From an uncultured virus (IMG/VR IMGVR_UViG_2061766007_000689) (Duplodnaviria; Heunggongvirae; Uroviricota; Caudoviricetes), in IMG/VR virus record IMGVR_UViG_2061766007_000689: a stretch of DNA of 64,000 nucleotides. One strand, given 5' to 3'. Every line of letters starts with the position of its first letter. Position 1 is the first letter of the stretch. Under the pieces are notes generated by a model, which saw only the letters and a list, made by a program, of their open reading frames with translations, had not been told where the DNA came from and did no database searches. Made by a program: the position numbers and the translations under genes. Positions 38,400 to 50,105 of this stretch are shown here, piece by piece.

Positions 38400-41264
38400 C
38401 TACCCCGTGATACATCCCTCAGGGATATAGCTGTCCGTTTCGGCAAGCTCACCGTGCTCGACGAAGCGGCGTGCGAAGTCCTTGTTTATATCGAACTCAT
38501 TTGAGTCACCGCTGTACGGGTTGACGCCAGCTTCTTCAAGCAGCTGCTTACATTCTTCATCAGACAGGTCTAGGTACATGCCTATACGTGCGAATACTTT
38601 CATTGCTTAATCTCCTTTTTCTTCTTGCCGTCTCTTGTGCCGCCAAGCTTATAGTCTTTTGCTATGTCCTCAGCTGCTATACAGGAATCAATTCTATATG
38701 AACTGGGTATCACCCAGCCGAAGTCTTCAAGCACATCGACGATGTAATTTGTAATGCCTTCAATTATACCTGCATGGCAGAGCCGTGTGTCATAGAAGAA
38801 GTGACTGTGCTTGCTGTACGGATACCATGTCCTGCACCTGTATGACTTCTGCTTTGCATCCGTAGATGCCCAGACTTCATAAGACTCAACATTCGTATGC
38901 TCCAAGTCATACAGCCCTTCATCCTGCATGCGCTCTGCAACAATGGAACTTGAGAAGCCTGCCATATGCTCTACCTTAAAGAAGAGCTTTGTCAACTTCT
39001 TAATGTGCCCTGTCTCCCTGTTGAATCTGTGTGGAGGAACATTGACATCCAGCGTGACAATGGCTATCTGAGTAGTGCCGTAGTATCTGGTACATCCTCC
39101 GGTAAAGTTGGAAGAGCTCAGCATATGCACAGGCACCTCTTCCATCGTAGTTCTTACCGCTGTAAGGACATCCTCCACCCCAAGTGTGCGGATAATGGTT
39201 TTCAATGCGTCTTCGATGTACCTCACATCATCCTCTGTAAAAGGTATATGGAAGTAAGCTACAAACTTGCCTGCTATTTCCTTAGTCGTCATCTACTCAG
39301 CCTCCTTGTCGATGAGATGTTCGTCTGCTATGTCATCGTTGTAGCAGTCACAACCTACATAGTGCCAGCCTGTGCCGCAGTGGTCAACGCAGAGCACGTA
39401 GCAGTCAAGCATGTCGGAGTATGTGAACAGCAGCCCGAATGATTTCTCAAGCCATTTGACATCCCCTTCAGATGCAGACGTGATGAACCACTGATATATC
39501 TCCGTGTCATCATCCAGCTCGAAGCGCATGTTGTCCCAGATGCTTGGGTCAACTTCAGGCAATTTGTTGCACATCACAAAGTCATTGTGAAGCCAGTTCA
39601 CTGCTACTGCATAGGTAGTTCTTCTAGTCATCTGTATTAAGCTCCCTTCTTTCTATGGTTCTATGGCTGCCCTGAGGACATGCCAGACAGTATTCCTTGT
39701 AATCCCTGCGCACATCAGAACGGGTATATTCCCTTTTGTCGTACACAGCTTCATCCTCCCAGCCGTAGCCGTAGTTACCCTGAATCACCCATTCATAGAT
39801 GTACTTGTTCTTGCGCTCAGCCACTATATCACCTCCACGTGAATTGGACCAACGACCACTGATGTATCAGTGTCACCATCGTATACAGGATATATTGAAG
39901 CAACGAAGTCTTCATCAATGTTCAGAAAAATCCTGCCGTTGTATATGTTCATATCATAATCATCACCGTTGTATGAAAAGCCTACCCAAGTATCATACAG
40001 GCTTCCGCTTACCTGAAACTTGGCAAGCACCCTGCCGTCACCAGACAGCAGCTCGGCATCATACGTCTGTTCCCATAAGTCTTTGTTATGATTAAGCCTG
40101 ACATGTGCGCCACGGAACAGCGTACATATCCTGTGCTCCACAGACTTCTTCATCAGCCCAGCTTGCATGTTTCCTCCCATGTCAATAACATCAGGTTACC
40201 ATTACGTTCATCAGCAACTACGTCCTTAATGTCCCTAAGCGGACGACCTTTAGAAGGGTCGTCACAATCAGCTACAAAAATGTTTACGTCCCAGTCAGGG
40301 TATACCCTTATCAAGTCAATCAGCTTTCTTACTTTCATCTGCAATCTCCTTCAGCTTCTCATATCTCTTCTGAAACTCAGAATAGGCGGACATGTAGAAA
40401 CCTGCAATGTCCTTATGTTCAAATGCCTTGCGCTGGCATATAGCCATAGCCTTGCTCATCTCATCTGCCGTGTTCACTCTTGTGATGTGGTTGCGATATA
40501 CATGCAGGTCATGGGCATTAAGCTCATACACTGCCGAACTGTTGATAAGCGCATACCACTTGTCATCTTTATTATATATGTGCATAATGCACCCACCAGA
40601 TTCACATGAGCCAATAAGCTCATGCCGTGTGAAGCTCTTCCATGTCATATCTGTCAGCTTCATTTTAACCTCCTAGGTTCGGTAAGCCTTTCAAATGCAC
40701 GCTCAGCTTCATCTGTATCCATCTCGAAGCTGTCAGGTACAGCATCAAGCAGGCACCTCAGCAGCCTGCATGTGCCCAAATCCTTGCTCACCTGTGAACG
40801 CCGTGCCGTAGCACAGTTGTAGCTGCTGTAGACAGCCGAGCCGTCGAACGTGCTTCTATATACCTTGACAAGCTCAGCTATCCTATTGTCCACCATGTCG
40901 AGCATGACACCCTTCGTCATCATAAGTCATTACCCTTATCCATATATCGATGGACGGCTGGTCACTTGACGGTTTGCCGTCAGCCACCCATTGCTCAAGT
41001 ACGGCAGCAGCTAACTGCCGTATGCCCGGACGTAAGCTGAGCTCACGCCTAGTGTACTTATCTTTTTGACACGCCATGCCCTTTGTCCTTGCTGTCATCG
41101 TCCGGCTCAGGTATATCAGGCATGCCCTCAAGCCTGTCACGTTCCTTCTTAAGCTTGTCAACATACCAAGAGTTACGCAGAGCCTGCCAGATTTCAGGTA
41201 TGCATGCAAGAATAAAGATGTAAGTCAACACAAAAAACAGTATATACTTCCACATTTCGTCCAT
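38400..41264 (-). CDS. Early-region small hypothetical ORFs (38400-38603, 38600-39292, 39293-39631, 39624-39824, 39824-40180, 40153-40344, 40316-40663, 40660-40923, 41058-41264)
   Basis: Dense, coupled leftward ORFs, most with an RBS. Confidence 0.6.
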
Positions 41265-41266
41265 GT

Positions 41267-41620
41267 CTAGCCCTCCACCTGCGAATGACCCCTGAGCATA
41301 GGCTTCAGCTCCACATGCTCAGCCACAGCTACGATACCTGAGTGCTTCTTGCCGTCTGTATCTGTCCACTTGTTCTGCTTGAGCCTGCCTACTATGCGCA
41401 CTCCACGTCCCTCTGGAAGACTGTCCTTGTCGAGACGTTCGGCAAGCCTTCCCCAGCACTCCACTGCAAAGGTAGAAGTCTCATCTACATTTGTGCCGTC
41501 CGCCTTCTTGTATGTCCTCAGCACCTTAAGGTTGAAAGACACAAGCTTACCATGTGGTGTATCCTTTGCGGCTACATCACTTACGATACCTTCGAGAATA
41601 ATCGAATTGAGCATGTTCAT
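41267..41620 (-). CDS. ssb: Second SSB without an acidic tail
   Basis: LNSIILEG...FAVECWGRLAE...GVRIVGRLKQNKW...VAEHVELKP; resembles, from memory, the short SSB paralogue of Treponema. Confidence 0.85.
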   Translation of the reverse strand: MNMLNSIILEGIVSDVAAKDTPHGKLVSFNLKVLRTYKKADGTNVDETSTFAVECWGRLAERLDKDSLPEGRGVRIVGRLKQNKWTDTDGKKHSGIVAVAEHVELKPMLRGHSQVEG

Positions 41621-44600
41621 CAGTGAATCTCCTTGTTCATCTTGTTAATATATTCATCTGCCGCCGGCAGAAGATGCTCAGCTACATGGCTCCATGCATT
41701 GCTGGTACGTACAGCGAAGTTCTTGCACCATGCATCAGGTACTACATGGAAACCAGACATTTCCTCGATACAGAGAACCATCCTATCAGTGAACTGTAGG
41801 TAACCNNNNNNNNNNNNNNNNNNNNNGATATGGAAGTCATGCCCCCTGTGCCTGAACCATGTGTTGCCTACCTTGTCAACATAGAGCTTGTTCTCTGCAA
41901 ACTCGGGCTCAGCTTTCTTCTCAGGATCAAGGCTGAGTTGCTTACATATCAGGGACTTGAACGCTTCCGTGTCAACCTCATCATCATACAGTGCCTTGAT
42001 GATGCCGCTCTGCATGTTGAGGTACTGGCTGAACACAACCTGCTTCTCAGCAGAGAGCTTAAGGCGGTAGTGCATATACTCCGTCATCTCATCTGAACGC
42101 CACCTGCTCTTATTAGTGTCATGCTCGTCACAGTCATTGCAGTTGTCATGGTTGTCACATAAGCTGCAAGCGTGCATTCTGCAACCGCAGAACTTGCAGG
42201 TGATAAAGCCGTACTCGTCAACCTCGCTGAAGTGGTAGGTATTAGTTTCATCACATGACGGGCATGTCTCTTCAAACTGCCAGCTTTTGTTAGTCGTCAT
42301 TATATATCTCCTTCCAAAGATTCTCATACAGGGTAACAAGCTTTGTTATCCATGTATCACCCCACTGGTTAAGCAGGTCAGCAGGTGCTATGCGGTTATA
42401 TTCATCACGAAACTTGACAGCTTCGCACATGAATACTTCAAGGGGCTCGCCTATGTTCTCAAGAAAACCAGATACGTTCTGAGCGAGCATGCGGTTAAGC
42501 CTTACAGGTTTAGGTACATGCGACATGAGCACCTCACGCATGGCACATTGTGGTCCGTACATGTCATAGCATGCCAAGTCAGCAAGCCACTTCTCGTCAA
42601 ACCAGCCGTCATCATCAACAGGTGTCTGGTCTATGTCCGAGCAGCTGCACAGCTCAACACAGTTGCTTATGTCATTCTTGACCTGCGGCTTGCCTATGTA
42701 GTCATGGATAAGTAACATAATCTTATCACGTGTCTGCTCGTCCTGCTTGTCCTGCTTGAGACTGTCGTTATACACGAAGTGGTCGTCCAGAGCTTCAAGT
42801 ATTCCATACAACAGCTTGTATGTGTTCATGCTGAGTATCTCAACAGGCATCTTCACTGCCATATCATTCTACCTCCTTTTCAACAATGCGTTTCTTGGTC
42901 ACAGTATATTCTTCTTCAACAAAGTCATGTGTCTGAAGGTACCAGATGAACTCTTCACGTATACTGTCACAGAACATATCGAACAACAGTACACTGTCTA
43001 CATAGTCCCTGAGGCTTCTCATGGGATACATATCAGGGTCAGCAAGCTCGTCTATGTATTTCATGGGCATGTCAAATACAAGGTAGCCACCTGAACGTCC
43101 GTTGAAGAAAGCCTTGTGCCCTGTTTCCATCTTAAGACATGTATTCAGCTCCCCAAACTGGAAGCTGAAGTCAGTACAATCCCAGTCCAGCTGAAGATAC
43201 TGCCATGCCTTCTCCTCTACGTCCTTAGGAAGCTCCATGTGATGTACCTTGACACAGTGGCTGAAGCCACGTGTGCCGTTCCATGAGTTCATAGTGTAGT
43301 ACGTGTCATGCTCTTCAATGAACTTGAGCATTGCTTCCCGACTACGCATGTCGGGCTTATGTGTGTAGTACCCGTTGATGTACTTTGCCTTAGCCATTAC
43401 ATTTCCTCCACACGTCCTACATAGTGCTTGCCGTCAAGCCACAGCTCAACAGCGCCATCTTCAGATACCTTTGTATCGTCCTTGTGCATATCAAGAACCT
43501 CCACCAGTTCTTCAAGCTTCTTGACCAACATGGTATGCTCGTCCTTGAGCTGGCGTGTATACATCTTGAGCACATTGCTTACGGCAACATCAAGTGCTTT
43601 GAGCACAGGCTTGCACTGCTCAAGTACAATCAGCTTGTAGTAGCCAGACAGGAGGCTGTCGTAGTCCTGCAAGTTGAGTTTGCACTGCTGGCTCATGTCA
43701 GGGCACAGTCTTCCAAGACGGGGGAACACTGTCCATATCATGTTATTCGGGCTGGCATGTGGCTCGAGCGCTGAAGAAATGTGCACATATACATAGTCAT
43801 ATACATCACACTTTACATCTACTGAGTCATGCCAGCTGAACCCAATGGCTTCTATGAGCCTAGCAAGCATGTCTGCATAGCTCATCATCTTAGATGAAAG
43901 GTACTTGTCAGCTGACGCCCTAATCTCTTCGAGCATGATGTCCTTCTTCATGTGGTAGTCAGCCTTGTCCCTTCTGTATACGTCAGCTTCCGCTGATATG
44001 TCGCCAAAGAGCTGTGTGATGTTTAATTCTTCCATGTCAAACCCCTTCATAGATTGTGTCCACCTCTGCAACCATGCAGAGTATGTCTGCTGTCTCCATG
44101 TACACGTCCATGAAGACAGTCTCCAACTTCTCGATGTCCCTACGGAGTACGTCAAGGAACACGCCCTTTGGGACATCTGAGTGATAGTACTTTATGTCAT
44201 GTACTATCTTCTGCATCTGTGCCGTTATATCCATCTCGCAATCAACGGCATTTGCCAAGTACCTTGCAAACAAGATAGTTGCCAGAGCCTCGGTGAGCGA
44301 AGCTACATCATAATATGACATGTCCTACCCCCTGTGAAAAGGAATTATTACAAGTTCCTTGTAGTAAAGAGATACGTCAAGTCCCTTAGCATTAAGCTCA
44401 TCGAGACCTACTTCATCAATGTATGTGTTGTAGGCTGTCTCGACAACAAACTCGTACACATACTTGGCGTCAACTAGCCGCTGTTGCATATATCCTACTG
44501 TGAAGGAGAAGGTATTAGCACTGAGTATGCATACAGTGTTACCATGTTCCCGGCATATACGCTCGTATATGCCTATCTTTCTTGACGAAGGTCTGGTATA

Positions 44601-45626
44601 GAAGTCATATATAGCCTGTGTGTGACCTTCTCTGACACACTTGCACCATGTGTCAAACCAGCTTTGCATTCTCTTATTCATGTGATGTCCTCCTGTGGAA
44701 TAAGTCAACTATCATAGCACGGGTACGCGTTATATCCTTAGCCGATTGCTCGGCACATTCAGCATAGAATGTACGTACCACCTTACGGTGGCGTTTACAT
44801 TTAGCATTGTAGTTCATCTCGGTTCTGACCTCAGCATCACCTACTAGGTCATCGAGCAGGTGGTTGAGCAATTCATCATCTTCCATGTGTGCTATTCCTG
44901 TCCATCAGAACCAAGTGACCATCAACCAGTTCATACTCACGGTCTGTAAGTATCTGGTAACCTGTTGCCCAGTCATATAACTTGCCATCACGTCTGTAGA
45001 CAGAGCACGGTGTGTGATATAACAAAGCATGTATACGTGATGCTGTAGTAGCTGACATGCAGTCACATGTATCAGCAGCACGGCTTGAGAAGTAGAAGTA
45101 CTCTTTCCCAGTACAGCTCTTATGATACAGCTCAGTACCCCATAATCTGTAGCTCTTAGTACCGTCAATGTAGATACTAACCCAGTCATGGTCAGACAGC
45201 CTGTGCTGACCTACTTTGCCCTTTTCAAGGCAGGCAAGTATGCGTTCTTCTATCTTACGCATTTAGATACCCCTAGTCTATTGTTACCCATGACAGAGCA
45301 TCTGGTTCTACCACATATTCCATGCCGTCATACTCTTCGATAAGATACTTGTTACCATGTATCGTTTCAACAACAAGGCATGAATGCTCAGCACTAGCCT
45401 TCTCACCAAGTTGTTCCACTACATTGACAAGTATCGGGTCATGTCTGCACTGCTTATAGAGGTCATAGTCTACACCTGCCATCTGCTTGTAGAGGTCAAG
45501 TGCCTCATCAGACAAGCAGAAACCACCATAGCAATTGTTGATTACTACTTTATGCATAGTATACTCCTTATATGACGCCGTTGTAGCGTCCATATGTACC
45601 CACGTAGCTGGTACATGGGTACCCAT
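41620..45626 (-). CDS. Early-region hypothetical ORFs (41620-42339 with Zn-ribbon-like Cys pairs, 42290-42862, 42864-43397, 43397-about 44035, 44037-44321, 44325-44708, 44674-44886, 44876-45262, 45273-45626)
   Basis: Coupled ORFs; motifs recurrent in phages such as YTMNSWN...FNGRSGGYLV and KVVINNCYGGF...RHDPILV...EEYDGME. Confidence 0.6.
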
Positions 45627-46132
45627 GGACGGTCAAGCACTGACTATGAATAGTCAAATACTTGACATCTGTAATTCTTACCTAGTGCATGGCAAGAAGC
45701 AGTGTGGTTACGTATCAACCACTTCATATCAGCATCGCTAATGCTGACCTTCTTATGTGCTGTAGCTGCTGCTACCTTCTTCGGTTCCGTGATTACATTC
45801 AATTTTACTGCTGACATGCCTTTGCCCCCTTGTGTGCATGCTTAGTTGTTTCTTTCCATGCAGGGTGTGTAGGTACCCTGCTAGCTTCATAGCGAGCAAT
45901 AGCAGAATCATTCTGCATGGCGATTCGTAACGCCATACAAGCGCTATCGAGCTGGTAGCTGATACTTCTTAGCATGTTTTGCCACCTTTCAGTGCATTGT
46001 ACATAGTCACTATGTAGCACAGTGACACCGACGTTAAAACGGGCTTGCCATTGTAGGCAAGTTCCCACTTGCCGTGCTGAAATGTTATAGACATGTGATT
46101 CTCCCTTTATGGTTAGCTTGTAACCATATAAA

Positions 46133-46180
46133 AAACCCTATACAGTGATAGCAGTAAAAAAGCAGTACTGTATAGGGTTT
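46133..46180 (-). terminator. Long inverted repeat or terminator after the first leftward gene
   Basis: AAACCCTATACAGT...ACTGTATAGGGTTT with a T run on the minus strand. Confidence 0.65.
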
Positions 46181-46216
46181 CCCACATGGTGATAAGCTAT
46201 GTAGCTATGTAGCTAT

Positions 46217-46687
46217 TTAAGCCTTAAGCTGTGCCTGCATCTCTGCCCACAAAGCTTGCATTTCTTCAGGTGACAGCTTAGACAGAGCACTACGAGCACT
46301 AGCTACCTTCTTGTCTTCTGGTAAGAGTGACTTGACGAGTCCTACAAGCTTCGGGTCTTCAATCTTGGCTTCAACAAGGTAGTCAAGTATACTCTGGACA
46401 CCTTCTTTGAGTGCCTTGTCACGTCCTTCTTTGCTTGAAGCCAATGCCTGCTTTTCCAATTCAAGCTCACTGTCTGTATAGTTGTCATGTGACAACCTGT
46501 AGACGTAGCCGTCTATCTCGGCGCACGGTACTACAAATCCACCGTCAGCGTCGATGACACCTGTACCCTTGTAGCGTGCTACCTGTTTAAGGTCTACTTT
46601 TGGATAAGACATGAGGCGCTTGTTACCATTAAACTGTGCACCTACCTTCTTAACATCAGTTACGACAACATTGAGATTCTTAGACAT
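46217..46687 (-). CDS. First gene of the leftward arm, hypothetical
   Basis: GGGAG RBS; 156 aa; followed by a terminator. Confidence 0.75.
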   Translation of the reverse strand: MSKNLNVVVTDVKKVGAQFNGNKRLMSYPKVDLKQVARYKGTGVIDADGGFVVPCAEIDGYVYRLSHDNYTDSELELEKQALASSKEGRDKALKEGVQSILDYLVEAKIEDPKLVGLVKSLLPEDKKVASARSALSKLSPEEMQALWAEMQAQLKA

Positions 46688-46807
46688 AATAGTTCTCCCT
46701 ATACCTACGACGTAGGTTTAATGTGATATAAGCTTCTCATACGAGTAGCTTTATATATGCAGACTGTTGACAATCTGCATATACAAGGCTATTATATTAC
46801 TAGTCAT

Positions 46808-46870
46808 GTGTCATGCACTGCTAGTAAGGTGTCATGCACTGCTAGGCAGGTGTCATGCCGTGTTAGTAGT
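46808..46870. repeat. Three 21-bp direct repeats
   Basis: GTGTCATGCACTGCTAGTAAG / GTGTCATGCACTGCTAGGCAG / GTGTCATGCCGTGTTAGTAGT. Confidence 0.85.
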
Positions 46871-47504
46871 GAAAATGTATTTCATATTCCCGCGCCTCCC
46901 GACACTTTCAAAAAGCTCCATAGCTCATCACTATCTAGCTCCATGCTTTCAGCGTATAGCTTCAAGCTCCATAACTAATCAGTAGTCAGTCACTAGCTCA
47001 ATGCTTAGTAACTAGTGTTTAACTCAGCTATCCACATTATGTACGCAGTTTGATGTGTGTAATACATTTCCAGAGGCAGAGACAATTTTTATTCCACATT
47101 TTCTAAAATACCCGGGGCAAGGTCCAGAAACGTGCTACCCTCAAAATTATTTTTGTACCAAAAATCACTAAAAACCCCACCAGAAACAGGCGCTCGCACT
47201 AGAAACTAGTATCAAGAACACCGGAAACTAGTCATTTTTGCACTCGTACCCGTAGAATGACACAACATCAATATCACATTTTTTTATCGTTTCATCATTT
47301 TTATCACTTCAGAACGAGAAAAATATTTTTCAAATCAAGTTAAAAATTACAAGCCTCAATTTAATTTGTCACATTTATCTGTAAAATACCACAGGACAGC
47401 ATGTAACCGTACCATGAGACATGACCCAAATGGGCTGTTGGTGTTGCCTATTCCTGCTTTATAAGGTGGCAGGTGTTGCTGCTGGTGTCCTGTATTTTGT
47501 GGCA

Positions 47505-47534
47505 TTGACATATTAATTAATTTCAGTGCATTAT
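47505..47534 (+). promoter_or_regulatory. Promoter of the packaging operon, with ATTAATTAAT in the spacer
   Basis: TTGACA-N18-CATTAT; AAGGAG RBS follows. Confidence 0.65.
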
Positions 47535-47554
47535 TCTATGTAAAGGAGATACAT

Positions 47555-48106
47555 ATGGACAATTCGGTTGTATGTAAGTGGATAGCCACAGATGCGTTTA
47601 AGCTTGATGAGTTGACACCTTTTCAGGGTAACCTGAAGAAGAGAACGCAGGGCGATATAGACAAGCTTAAGGAGTCACTTCTACGTGAGGGGCTTATCAT
47701 GCCGTTTGCAGTATGGAAGCATGACGACAAGAACTATATCCTTGACGGGCATGGTAGGTATGAGGCACTGAAACAGATTGAAGGCGACGGTGAGCATGTA
47801 GCATATCCTTGTGTCATTATTCAGGCAGATACTGAAGATGATGCACGCAAGGCTCTTCTGCAGATTACTAGTCAGTATGGCAAGATTACTAAGGCAGGTG
47901 TCAAGCAGTTTACTGCAAGTATACCTACATACGTTGCCCCTAGTATACAGAAGTTTGTCACTACAGGTACGTCTAAGCTTAAGCCGGTGAAGCCTGTGTT
48001 GCATGCAGAGAGTGACAAGCGCATTATAAAGATACAGGTGGCTGCAGCTGACTACGATGCAGTAGTCGAGATATTGAGCAAGTCACCGTATGTGAAGATT
48101 GTATAG
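47555..48106 (+). CDS. ParB/Srx-like domain protein
   Basis: LTPFQGNLK...LKESL...G...P..VW....YILDGHGRYEALK; directly upstream of the terminase. Confidence 0.85.
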   Translation: MDNSVVCKWIATDAFKLDELTPFQGNLKKRTQGDIDKLKESLLREGLIMPFAVWKHDDKNYILDGHGRYEALKQIEGDGEHVAYPCVIIQADTEDDARKALLQITSQYGKITKAGVKQFTASIPTYVAPSIQKFVTTGTSKLKPVKPVLHAESDKRIIKIQVAAADYDAVVEILSKSPYVKIV

Positions 48107-48115
48107 GAGTTTAGA

Positions 48116-50041
48116 ATGGCAGAGATTGATGTGCAGACGGAAGCAGCTGTAAATAATGATGCAGTGGGAGCACTGTCTTTTACTGAGCTTTCACGGAGGA
48201 TGTTTGACGAGAATATCAAGCTTCCGTGGTATAAGCCTGAAGACAGGGCACCTGTAGATTGTGAGCTTGACAGCATATATGAGATAGCGTCGGCACATCA
48301 GATGCCTATGTTGGATTTCATTGCACGTGACCCTGAGTACGCTGTTATGTGTGTCGAGATGTCGTATGCAAAGTGGACAAACCTCCTTACGAGTGCGGCG
48401 GTTACAGGTCTTATCAGGACCGAAAAAGGTGAGCAGACCGTATCCAAGAACCAGACTAAGCTGATAGAGCTGCGCATGCGGCAGGCTAAGTCTGAGCTTA
48501 CCATGGTTACTGACTATGCGATAAGCATGTGTGGTGATAAAATTAAAAAACGTGACCATCTTCTTAGAACGCTTTATATGAACGCAGTCATGCACAGGGA
48601 TACTAAGGCGCTTATCTATCTTATAGACAGGTGTGACGGTAGACCGGGTGAAACTAGGATTGCGGAACTTTCCTATGATAATGCGTACAATATATACATG
48701 ATTCTGCATACGCTGTTTGACAAGCAGCTGCAGGTCCTTAACTCAGGTAATGGTACTATTCTTATATGTTGTTCACGCCGTGCAGGCAAGACTCATATGC
48801 TTGTAGCTATGTGCGTGATTGAGTGCATGCGCCGTCCAAATACAAGCTGCATCTATATCGGTGAGACACAGGAGCTTACTGAGGGTCTTGTAGATGACGC
48901 CATGAACAAGATTGTTGATGCCTGTCACCTTATGGATAAGAAGGGCAACAGGTTCAACTGGCGGCACATGGACAATGGTTCAAAGATACTTGTACGTGGC
49001 TTGAGCAATACTAAGGACCCTGACCAGATTCGTGGTAAGGGTGCAAAGATTATTGTAATTGATGAGTTCTTCCACTTGAAGAGTGAGCTTCTTTCTTATA
49101 TACAGGACCAAGTTCTTGTTCCGATGCAGATGGACTATGCAGATGACTACAAGTTCGTATGTGCAGGTACACCGCCTAAAACCAAGGGTACATATGGCGA
49201 GTATGCATGGAGGGATTGGGACTGTCCTAAGTTCCATTGGACATGGCGTGAGAATCCGCATCCGTCAAGCTTGGAGGCACGTGAGGCTCTTGTAGAGAAG
49301 GCTCTGCAGGAGAAGGGTCTTACTTGGGACATGCCTCAGGTACGCCGTGAGTATAACGGTGAATGGGCATATGATGACGAGCTTCAGCTCTATCCGAACT
49401 ATAAGACGTTTGACACAGCTGACGGATTCCCTGAATGGGCTGTATCCCGTGTCCTTATCGGCATTGACTACGGTGTATCTGACAATGACTCTATTATCGC
49501 ATCAGCATGGTCAGATGAAGAGGGCAGAGGTTACGAGTTGTTTGAGGCTAGGTTCAATAGGCTTGATGTTATTGACCTTAAGTTGACGCAGCTTGAGCTT
49601 ATGAAGCGTAAGGTCAGGGAGTGTTGGATTCTTGCACTTGAGACACTTATGACAGGACCCATCGATACATATGATGCGGAATCATTGAAGAATCTTAACA
49701 AGCGTATCCTGTGGGACGCTGACGATAATGACCAGCATGTTACTCAGGAACTTATGGGTGTAACACTTGCAGAGTATGGGGAGAAGTTTTCAAAGCTCAA
49801 GCTGCAGATTGCCAATGCACATAAGACTGACAAGAAGATTATGTGGGACAAGCTGGATGAGCTTATGCGTACAGGCAGGTACTTCTTTATTAAGAATGGT
49901 CTGGCTGAGCATGAATGTGTTAGCACGGTACTTAAGCGTGGACCTAATGGTGAGATTATTAACGAGGTAGATGATGCGATATTCCATCCTGACCTACTGC
50001 CGCCGTTCAGGTACTCTATGTATAACGTACTCGGGTTATAG
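48116..50041 (+). CDS. terL: Terminase large subunit with an N-terminal extension of about 200 aa
   Basis: KQLQVL; CCSRRAGKT (Walker A); IIVIDEF (Walker B); AGTP; ENPH; RREYNGEW; IGIDYG nuclease motif; HPD. Confidence 0.92.
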   Translation: MAEIDVQTEAAVNNDAVGALSFTELSRRMFDENIKLPWYKPEDRAPVDCELDSIYEIASAHQMPMLDFIARDPEYAVMCVEMSYAKWTNLLTSAAVTGLIRTEKGEQTVSKNQTKLIELRMRQAKSELTMVTDYAISMCGDKIKKRDHLLRTLYMNAVMHRDTKALIYLIDRCDGRPGETRIAELSYDNAYNIYMILHTLFDKQLQVLNSGNGTILICCSRRAGKTHMLVAMCVIECMRRPNTSCIYIGETQELTEGLVDDAMNKIVDACHLMDKKGNRFNWRHMDNGSKILVRGLSNTKDPDQIRGKGAKIIVIDEFFHLKSELLSYIQDQVLVPMQMDYADDYKFVCAGTPPKTKGTYGEYAWRDWDCPKFHWTWRENPHPSSLEAREALVEKALQEKGLTWDMPQVRREYNGEWAYDDELQLYPNYKTFDTADGFPEWAVSRVLIGIDYGVSDNDSIIASAWSDEEGRGYELFEARFNRLDVIDLKLTQLELMKRKVRECWILALETLMTGPIDTYDAESLKNLNKRILWDADDNDQHVTQELMGVTLAEYGEKFSKLKLQIANAHKTDKKIMWDKLDELMRTGRYFFIKNGLAEHECVSTVLKRGPNGEIINEVDDAIFHPDLLPPFRYSMYNVLGL

Positions 50042-50105
50042 GAAATAATGTATATTTACAAGTACATGGTTTTGGTGTACTGATTTGATATAGGAGTTTG
50101 ATTTT

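Noticed and set aside
46808..46870. Mini CRISPR array
   Set aside because: The repeats are contiguous with no unique spacers, and there are no cas genes.
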